Virus record (IMG/VR): IMGVR_UViG_3300030380_005901
Coordinates: 95,563-159,562 of that record
Length of the DNA: 64,000 bases
Reading direction: 5' to 3' (one strand)
Source: a virus
Shown here: one piece after another, positions 57,383 through 64,000 of the stretch
How positions within the stretch are numbered: the stretch's first letter is position 1
How the letters are laid out: each line of letters opens with the position of its first letter
Translations under genes and position numbers: made by a program
Notes under the pieces: generated by a model
Told to the model about the DNA's origin: nothing
The model's database searches: none
Seen by the model: the letters and a program-made list of their open reading frames with translations, nothing else

Positions 57383-58432
57383 TTATTGATCTGCATATTC
57401 TACGGGTGCATCAATATGTTCTCCTTCTTCTATTGTAAAATCTACTTCTTCACCAACACTATCAAATACCGTAGACCAATATTCTTTATAGTCAGACTTA
57501 TAAGAATCAATAGCTTTCTTATCGTCTTCAATAAATCCGTGTGTTGTCGCCAGTATTCTACAATCAGCATAACCTAAACCATTCATATGGTTTTTATGTA
57601 TACCCACTTTAGTTCTAACTGCGAAGTTTACTTTACGTCCTTTATTTGTTGCATTTAATTTAGATACTCCTGCACTTTTTTGATTCCCAAAAAGGAATAC
57701 TAACGCACAAGATAAATAAATTGATTGCCCCCCTTTAGGTTGAATTCTGGGTTGACTGAATGGGTTATCGGGTAACTCTACCCAAGGTTGGTTAACAAAT
57801 ACCATTGTATTAGTATAAGGAGAACTCTCTTTACGAGAAGAGGTTATCCTTTGAGCCATTCCCATACCCCATTTTTCTGATATTACTCTAGCAGTATGTT
57901 GGTTACCACCTTTACCTTCAAAACTCATTTTACAAGGTATTGTTCCTATGGAGTCCCACAAAAATACAATATCATGTGGTATATCTCCTTTTGATTGTGC
58001 ATCTAAAATTTCAGTCACATATTCGAAAGCTTGTTCAATGTATTCAAATCCTAACTTATATAATAAGAATCCATCCCAATAAGCTTCTATTTCACCAGTA
58101 CTTTCATCTACTTCTTCAATATATTCAGTCTCTAAACCCATTTGTTTTGCGTGTTCAAAACTAAATTTTTGTTCAGTTATAATGAATATTGGTAATATAC
58201 CTTTTTTCTGTGCATCTACTGCAGTTTGTATTAGTGCAGTTGTTTTTCCAGTATCTGAATGTCCTAATAACATATTAATTTGACCCATAGCAGGACCAGG
58301 AATTCCTGTTGCTTTTTGAAATGATTCTCCTAAATCAAAGTATTTCTGTTCTTTATACTTATCACTAGAAGAAAACTTTTTACGTATACTAGAAAAATCA
58401 CTTGTTTTTTTCTTAATTGGTTTCTTAGCCAT
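57383..58432 (-). CDS. RecA/UvsX-like recombinase
   Basis: Likely start MAKK at 58432; GHSDTGKTT, WDSIG, FVNQ, PKGG. Confidence 0.88.
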   Translation of the reverse strand: MAKKPIKKKTSDFSSIRKKFSSSDKYKEQKYFDLGESFQKATGIPGPAMGQINMLLGHSDTGKTTALIQTAVDAQKKGILPIFIITEQKFSFEHAKQMGLETEYIEEVDESTGEIEAYWDGFLLYKLGFEYIEQAFEYVTEILDAQSKGDIPHDIVFLWDSIGTIPCKMSFEGKGGNQHTARVISEKWGMGMAQRITSSRKESSPYTNTMVFVNQPWVELPDNPFSQPRIQPKGGQSIYLSCALVFLFGNQKSAGVSKLNATNKGRKVNFAVRTKVGIHKNHMNGLGYADCRILATTHGFIEDDKKAIDSYKSDYKEYWSTVFDSVGEEVDFTIEEGEHIDAPVEYADQ

Positions 58433-58444
58433 ATATTTTTTTTT

Positions 58445-58477
58445 AAAAAAATAGGTCACCCAAAAAGATGACCTACT
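58445..58477 (-). terminator. intrinsic terminator or attenuator between SSB and recombinase
   Basis: TAGGTCA-loop-TGACCTA plus T-run on the minus strand. Confidence 0.7.
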
Positions 58478-58495
58478 TTTAACATTTATAATAAA

Positions 58496-59389
58496 TTAAA
58501 ATGGTAAATCATCACCACCAGTTTCTAAATTAGTCACAGTAACTTCATCATCATCTTCATTTGAAGATTCCACTTGTGGGGTGTTACTTTCCTCTCTTAA
58601 GAAAGTTATTTCTTCTTCTAATGAAGCAGTTTCTGATTCTTCTCTTTCTTCTTCTGCAACATATTTACTTTGTTCTGAATCCCAAACAGGTGTCATATTT
58701 TTTGCTACTATCTCTAAATATTCTGGAGATTTTTTAGCGTAAACATCTCTAAATGTTTCTTCGTTGTTAAACCAATCGTTAGCCTTAGTAGTATCTTCAG
58801 TTAACATACTTACATCATCACACATAATAGATGTTACTACACTCCACCCTTTTTCGTTACGGTTAGTAGTTATAATAATATCTCTACCTTCTCTAGCATC
58901 TGTAATGTCACCTTTTAATTTAAAAAGTGGCATTAACTTATCCATAACACCGTTACCTGTGTAATTGTGTTTAAATCTCCAAAATTTAACACCGTGATCT
59001 TCATTATCTCTATCAATACCTTTTACCACATAAAATTTACGAGGAGTATACTCTCTAGCCATTTCTTTAGCTTTTTTACTACCCTCCATTAATAAAGCTT
59101 CCTTTGCTTCATACATTGGGCAATGTTCACCATCATTTAATTTATTACAGTAAATTTTTTCATATTTACCATTCACTTGTCTTTCGTAAAAATATACTTC
59201 TTCGAATGGAGACTTACCATCTTTTGCAGGTAAAATTCTAAATCTTCGAGTTGCATTTTTTACACCTTGTTGAAGTTTTTCAGTGAAATACTTCTTAAGT
59301 CTATCTTCATTAGATAACTTAGGTTTTTTTGAACTGTTTTCAGTATTACTTTCATACTGAGACAAAATCGCGTCTAAACTGTTACTCAT
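58496..59389 (-). CDS. single-stranded DNA-binding protein (gp32-like)
   Basis: RFRILP..PF, C..CP, VIDR-type core, acidic tail ending DDLPF. Confidence 0.85.
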   Translation of the reverse strand: MSNSLDAILSQYESNTENSSKKPKLSNEDRLKKYFTEKLQQGVKNATRRFRILPAKDGKSPFEEVYFYERQVNGKYEKIYCNKLNDGEHCPMYEAKEALLMEGSKKAKEMAREYTPRKFYVVKGIDRDNEDHGVKFWRFKHNYTGNGVMDKLMPLFKLKGDITDAREGRDIIITTNRNEKGWSVVTSIMCDDVSMLTEDTTKANDWFNNEETFRDVYAKKSPEYLEIVAKNMTPVWDSEQSKYVAEEEREESETASLEEEITFLREESNTPQVESSNEDDDEVTVTNLETGGDDLPF

Positions 59390-59421
59390 TTCTATTTTTT
59401 TTAAATGTTAATAATTATTTC

Positions 59422-59507
59422 TAAATATAATAAGTTTTTTCTTAAAAGTCAATACATGAAAAAACCAATAATGAACAAATATAGTCATTATTGGTTAATA
59501 TGTCAAA
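59422..59507 (-). promoter_or_regulatory. two tandem sigmaA-type promoters for the SSB operon
   Basis: TTTG(59504-07)-N20-TATATTTG(59476-83) and ATTG(59450-53)-N20-TATATTTA(59422-29). Confidence 0.75.
59459..59496 (-). terminator. 12-bp hairpin plus U-tract terminator enclosing a -7 box
   Basis: aaccaataatga(59463-74) / tcattattggtt(59485-96). Confidence 0.7.
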
Positions 59508-59523
59508 TAATTTTTTTAATTAT

Positions 59524-60282
59524 TTAATAATCTTCGTCATCCTTATCATAGTCAAAAGAATTTTTTATTTCTGTTGCACTATAATCATCTACGTCTTTTT
59601 GAGTTATGGTGTATTCTTCCTCTTCTTTACCCCCAACATCATATCCTTCTTTATCTGACCAATAATCAGTTAAGGAAACACTATATGGAAAAGAATCCAT
59701 CGATCTCATTTCTAATCTTTCTACCGGTGTTGGGTTTCTATCTGCTATTTCTTTTTCTAATCCATCTATTTTATTAATAACTTGATCCATATCACCTACC
59801 TTACCTTCTAAATCACCTAATTTACCTAATAATTCATCCATTTTAGCAGTCATACCCTCAATTTCTGTTCTAGTTTGTTCTGCCTTATCTACTATATCAG
59901 TAACATCTACTTCGACAGTTTCTTCACCACCTTCCTCAGTTGCGAATTCATCTTCCACTTCCATACCTTCTTCACCTGCAAATGGATCTGTTTCACCTGC
60001 AAATGGATCTGTTTCACCTGATCCTTCTTCAGTATCTAAATCTACAGTTTCTTCTTCACCACCTTCTTCTGCAAATGGGTCTTCAGTAGTCTCTTCTTCT
60101 GTACCTTCTCCACTTTCTGTATCACCACCATCAGGAACAGGATCTTGTTCATAAAGTTGTTTAGCACCTAATAAAAGTTCGTCAGTATCATCACTGTCAA
60201 CTTTATCTTCCATATAAAACGTATATTCCAATAGTTCCATATGTCTTTTTAACTCTTCCGATATTAATTTTTTCTTATCCAT
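59524..60282 (-). CDS. very acidic head-associated or scaffold-like protein
   Basis: KKLISEELKRHMEL..LYEQ leader, Glu/Gly-rich region, coiled coil. Confidence 0.6.
   Translation of the reverse strand: MDKKKLISEELKRHMELLEYTFYMEDKVDSDDTDELLLGAKQLYEQDPVPDGGDTESGEGTEEETTEDPFAEEGGEEETVDLDTEEGSGETDPFAGETDPFAGEEGMEVEDEFATEEGGEETVEVDVTDIVDKAEQTRTEIEGMTAKMDELLGKLGDLEGKVGDMDQVINKIDGLEKEIADRNPTPVERLEMRSMDSFPYSVSLTDYWSDKEGYDVGGKEEEEYTITQKDVDDYSATEIKNSFDYDKDDEDY
59971..60020. repeat. 21-bp coding tandem duplication (GETDPFA x2)
   Basis: ttcacctgcaaatggatctgt x2 plus a partial copy. Confidence 0.9.
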
Positions 60283-60287
60283 TTTTT

Positions 60288-60470
60288 TTATATTAATAAT
60301 TGTCTTCCGTCAGTAGTTTTATAAACTTTATTAACTCTTTCCACAATTTCTTTACCATCATTAATTAAACATTCTTCCCCTTCACACTCTTTTTCTTCAT
60401 TAACTTTAAGAAATTCATTAAGTGAGTCTTCTAAATCTTTAGTTCTTTGTATGTCTTTTTTATTATCCAT
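60288..60470 (-). CDS. hypothetical protein
   Basis: 60 aa; ATATTTAT at 60487-60494. Confidence 0.65.
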   Translation of the reverse strand: MDNKKDIQRTKDLEDSLNEFLKVNEEKECEGEECLINDGKEIVERVNKVYKTTDGRQLLI

Positions 60471-60486
60471 ATTAAGCTCTTTTATT

Positions 60487-60494
60487 ATAAATAT
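60487..60494 (-). promoter_or_regulatory. putative late promoter ATATTTAT
   Basis: Upstream of 60470. Confidence 0.7.
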
Positions 60495-60501
60495 AAGAAT
60501 T

Positions 60502-60915
60502 TTAAGAAAAATTACGTTTAATATCTATAATAGTTAATTCATTTTTTTTAGTTATCAACATTTTATTTTGGTATTTATCCCATTCTATCTTATGTTCTTT
60601 ATGATTTAAATTACCTGTTTCTCCATTACTTTCACTTTCAATCAATTTATTAAGTGCATTAATAGTATAAAAACACTCTCCCTTTTTGTGTGTTATGATA
60701 GTGGTAGGGAAAAATGATTTAGTATTTATTTTTTTTCCATCCCTTAAATATAATCTAAATGTTAAAATTTTTTTACCTATTTCTTGCGGGGAAGTATAAA
60801 TAAATAATTTTTCTTTAGGTATTTTAAACCTTTTTTCTATATAATCACTGAAACCATCTATTCTATCCTCATCAACAAATGATGCTAGTGTGATTATTTT
60901 TGTCTGTTGTTCCAT
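60502..60915 (-). CDS. hypothetical phage protein
   Basis: 137-aa ORF with HKK..YTINALN motif. Confidence 0.7.
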   Translation of the reverse strand: MEQQTKIITLASFVDEDRIDGFSDYIEKRFKIPKEKLFIYTSPQEIGKKILTFRLYLRDGKKINTKSFFPTTIITHKKGECFYTINALNKLIESESNGETGNLNHKEHKIEWDKYQNKMLITKKNELTIIDIKRNFS

Positions 60916-61495
60916 ATCTATAAATGTATGGTATGATTTTTTTATTGTTATAATCTACACACCCTATACATTTATTAAATATTTCATTTTCAGATAAAGT
61001 TACCTTAGAAAGTTGATTTATTTTATGTTTAATTTTATCTATATCTAAACCTAAAAATAATAATATTTTTAAGTCTAATCCAAAAACTAAATTTTTATCG
61101 TATAAATATACCATATCATCATTAATAATTGTAATAATATTATTTAATGAATATATTTTTCTTATTATTTTTCTTATTTTTTTAGGATTATCATGTATTA
61201 AATCAACAAAAACATAACTATTTTTATTATCTATAAAATCCAAACATCTGTGTTGAAATTTTTTTAAGTCTATTTCTAAATCTACTTTTCTTTCATTATT
61301 ATTAAAAGTCCAAAAAGTTTTATCATCAATTTTCTTATTTAGTATTGAAACATTTTCTTCACCATAAATTTCTTTAGTTGCATCCCAACCAATAATTAAT
61401 GTTATAAAATTATCGTTTATTTGTGAAATATTTTCACAAACATTATATTTTTTATCTGAAAATTTATCTTTAGTTACTATATTTCCAATATACAT
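60872..61495 (-). CDS. hypothetical protein
   Basis: 207-aa ORF with its own promoter. Confidence 0.65.
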   Translation of the reverse strand: MYIGNIVTKDKFSDKKYNVCENISQINDNFITLIIGWDATKEIYGEENVSILNKKIDDKTFWTFNNNERKVDLEIDLKKFQHRCLDFIDNKNSYVFVDLIHDNPKKIRKIIRKIYSLNNIITIINDDMVYLYDKNLVFGLDLKILLFLGLDIDKIKHKINQLSKVTLSENEIFNKCIGCVDYNNKKIIPYIYRYGTTDKNNHTSIIC

Positions 61496-61499
61496 ATTA

Positions 61500-61531
61500 C
61501 AAATATACTATTTTTTTATGTTAAAAACAAA
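61500..61531 (-). promoter_or_regulatory. sigmaA-type promoter, predicted leaderless
   Basis: TTTG-N20-TATATTTG-N4-ATG. Confidence 0.8.
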
Positions 61532-64000
61532 CTATGTAGTGGATGGTGCAATAGTTAAATCAGAATTTTTATTTTCTTTATATAAATTTACTCCTTTATT
61601 TTTAAATTTAGTACCACCAACTGTTTGACCTATTAATTTATCTCCACCACCTTTTACCGGTAAAGTGTTTAAAACTATTGCAAAGTTTTCAAACGAATCT
61701 TCTATATCTTTTCCATCTTTAAAATTTAAACTATTTACAGTATGATTAAAATTCTCAGCTTGTCCACCATTTGCCCAACCACCAGGTGGGTAGTTTTCTT
61801 CACTTTTTAATCTCGTATCTTTTTGTGTAGATAATTCTTCAATTTTTTTGTTAATGTCGTTTATTTCTTTTTCTAACTCATCATTTTCTACCACTCTAGC
61901 AATTCTTTCTTCAGGAGAAATTGCCTTTAGTGAAAGGTTAATTTTTTCTTGATTTACTTTCATTCTTGCTTCTATTCTCGCTTTGTCTTTTTCTTGTTCA
62001 TCTATTTTGCCTTTGTTCTGATAACTACCACTATAAGGATAATTAGTCCATCTCCATGCAGATATTTCACATGATGTTTTAATGTCTATGGTATCACCAG
62101 TTAATTTAGTCATAGGTGTTTTTGTGTCTTCACTAAACCTCATATATTGATCCCTACCTATGATAGGAATAAAACCTCTAGGTCTAAAAACATAAGCGTC
62201 TTTAGTAGTATCAAAATCTCGATTACCAAATCGGTTATCGATTTGACTATATAATCCAAACCCTTTATCGCTATCTGAATTATTCCATGTTAAAACATCT
62301 ATACTAAAATTATTTGATTTTGTCATAGCATTTGCTAAGAACATAGTAACTTGTGAATTACTTTTAATACGAAATCCTTTTAAAGTATTTTTTAAATTAG
62401 TAGCTAAATTTGTGGATGCATTACTTATCCCCATAGTTATTAAATTACTTTCAGTTATAGAATCAAAATTAAAATTTTCATCAGGACCTTTATCTGCAGG
62501 AATACCGGTATTAAAATCAATTTCTTGTCTTATAGAACTTTGAAGTAAAATAGGTTCTGTTTCTAATGTATCGTCTAAACCTATATTTAAAAAAGTAGTC
62601 ATTTTATCTACAACTGGTGTTATATATTTACTTTGTCTTACACCAGTAAAAGATGTAGTCATATGGTTAGGGGTGATATTATGTGTAACATTTAAAATCA
62701 TATATGCACCATCGAAAAAAGGTACATTGTCTAATTGAAAATACATCATAGGTTGAATATTCATACAACCTAAAGCTTCAACACTACAAGTATATGAACG
62801 AGATCTAAACATCTTATATAAATCTGTACCTTGATAAGTCCTACTAGTACCACCTCTTTTATCAATTAAGTCAGTTAATGTTTTATGGTATTCCGCAGTA
62901 TCTTTGTGTTCTTGTTGATTCAATGATACACTTTTAAAAACTGTTTGGTTTTCTGTACCAAATGATACTCTAAAACCAACTAAATTGATGTTATCTTCAG
63001 AAGCATTAGATACTGATTTACCTTTAGCTTCTCTTCTAAGTCTCCTTTTTTCTTTTCTACTTTGTTGTCTTGCTTGTCTTTTTTCTGACTTCTTTGGTGC
63101 TAAAATATCAGAAGGTGGAAAATCCAAATTAAACCCATCGTTTTTAAATGTATATCTATTTTGTTCTTCTATATTTAATACTTGTGACGCACCTCCTGCG
63201 TAAATGCAAAGATATGTTGGACCACTACTATCATTTCTATCCGAAATATTAGTTATAGGTTTAAACATAGTAGAAACTTCTTCCGGGTCTCTATAGTTAA
63301 CATAATTAGGTAGTATTTGAAAAAGAAAATTACTGTCTCTAAGTAATTTAGACATATAAAAATACATATTAGTAGTTAAATTTTGACTTATACTAATAAC
63401 ACTTTCTAAATTTATTATAGCTTTATCACCAATATCGTTAAACCCCCTATCAACAAACCTAAAATACTTAAATAAGTCTTTATTGTCTTTGGCACAAGCG
63501 TTAAAAGCTAATTCCCTTTTGGATGTGTTACCTGCCACCCATCTATCGTATACATTTTTTATACTATTATATGCAGCTTGTTTAATATCCTCCATATTAT
63601 TAGTCTGATCAGTTGATTCTGTTTTATTTGTTTTACCATCACTACTTTTAATTTCTGTATTAAAACTTTGTTTAAATTTATTTAAATAATTGTTAAAATT
63701 GACTGAATCAAAATCTGAAGAACTAGTTTCATTAGTTACAACAATTAATTTTTCTGTTTCTTTTAATAAGGTTGTTAAATTTATACCTTTTTTAAACTTT
63801 TCATCAATAGATAAATCATCATTAGAATATTCTATTACCGCTTTACTAAATTTAGAAAAACTTCCATCATTTACCCATTTAGTAAAATAATCTATTAAAT
63901 TATTTTTTGTCTGTACTGGTAACTCTAACAAACTACTATTTAAACTTGTTTGTTTACCATACCATAAAGGTTTAATATATGTTGTTTGTGTGGGTATAGA
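61532..64000 (-). CDS. 3' part of a large tail/baseplate hub protein with a degenerate GH19-lysozyme-like domain
   Basis: Frame open to the window edge; YTCSVEALG..IQPMMYFQL..GAYMILNVTHNI..TTSFTG hub motif; MFLAN..FRPRGFIPIIGRDQY..SAWRW. Confidence 0.7.
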   Translation of the reverse strand, partial: SIPTQTTYIKPLWYGKQTSLNSSLLELPVQTKNNLIDYFTKWVNDGSFSKFSKAVIEYSNDDLSIDEKFKKGINLTTLLKETEKLIVVTNETSSSDFDSVNFNNYLNKFKQSFNTEIKSSDGKTNKTESTDQTNNMEDIKQAAYNSIKNVYDRWVAGNTSKRELAFNACAKDNKDLFKYFRFVDRGFNDIGDKAIINLESVISISQNLTTNMYFYMSKLLRDSNFLFQILPNYVNYRDPEEVSTMFKPITNISDRNDSSGPTYLCIYAGGASQVLNIEEQNRYTFKNDGFNLDFPPSDILAPKKSEKRQARQQSRKEKRRLRREAKGKSVSNASEDNINLVGFRVSFGTENQTVFKSVSLNQQEHKDTAEYHKTLTDLIDKRGGTSRTYQGTDLYKMFRSRSYTCSVEALGCMNIQPMMYFQLDNVPFFDGAYMILNVTHNITPNHMTTSFTGVRQSKYITPVVDKMTTFLNIGLDDTLETEPILLQSSIRQEIDFNTGIPADKGPDENFNFDSITESNLITMGISNASTNLATNLKNTLKGFRIKSNSQVTMFLANAMTKSNNFSIDVLTWNNSDSDKGFGLYSQIDNRFGNRDFDTTKDAYVFRPRGFIPIIGRDQYMRFSEDTKTPMTKLTGDTIDIKTSCEISAWRWTNYPYSGSYQNKGKIDEQEKDKARIEARMKVNQEKINLSLKAISPEERIARVVENDELEKEINDINKKIEELSTQKDTRLKSEENYPPGGWANGGQAENFNHTVNSLNFKDGKDIEDSFENFAIVLNTLPVKGGGDKLIGQTVGGTKFKNKGVNLYKENKNSDLTIAPSTT

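Noticed and set aside
52528-59389. Introns or inteins in nrdJ, helicase or recA
   Set aside because: Lengths are normal and motifs contiguous; no intein termini seen
3883-63890. Numerous short plus-strand ORFs (e.g. 9956, 16651, 31898, 34756, 47611, 48661)
   Set aside because: Antisense to well-supported genes; Ser/Phe/Leu-rich shadow composition; no promoters
1-64000. Stop-codon reassignment as in some large phages
   Set aside because: Conserved genes are intact and densely packed in the standard code; TAG and TGA end several genes; no suppressor tRNA seen
1-64000. Eukaryotic giant virus or bacterial chromosome origin
   Set aside because: Sigma-70, gp25/gp6 baseplate, peptidoglycan hydrolases and Bacteroidota promoters indicate a tailed bacteriophage

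Overview
This window is a very AT-rich, gene-dense segment of a large (probably jumbo) myovirus-like phage, almost all on the minus strand. The host is very likely Bacteroidota/Flavobacteria: there are canonical TTTG-N20-TAnnTTTG promoters, no Shine-Dalgarno sites, an Hc1 histone-like gene, a DUF6576-type tail, a short SigA-like sigma factor and a captured T9SS-substrate-type beta-propeller. Contents: (1) 1-13 kb, head-associated or acidic proteins, peptidoglycan enzymes and a putative lysis cassette; (2) 13-25 kb, sigma-70, Mre11/Rad50, exonuclease, two tRNAs, GIY-YIG nuclease, primase and RuvC; (3) 25-52 kb, baseplate/tail genes including 2765-aa and 1547-aa Cys-rich proteins; (4) 52-59 kb, class II RNR, helicase, 5'-3' exonuclease, RecA/UvsX and SSB; (5) a partial tail hub protein. 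The most interesting signals are four. First, a shared peptide (K-I/L-x-I-S/T-E-x-Q, plus L/I-x-E sites) on unrelated enzymes suggests a capsid-targeting and protease-processing cargo system, including an apparent multi-cargo polyprotein. Second, a strand-oriented ATATTTAT motif lies upstream of about 14 mostly virion or cargo genes and is a candidate late promoter. Third, six host-type promoters sit exactly 4 nt before the ATG, implying leaderless mRNAs. Fourth, there are divergent overlapping early/late promoter pairs and a promoter sitting in a terminator loop. All functional calls come from motif recognition by eye; no database searches were run.
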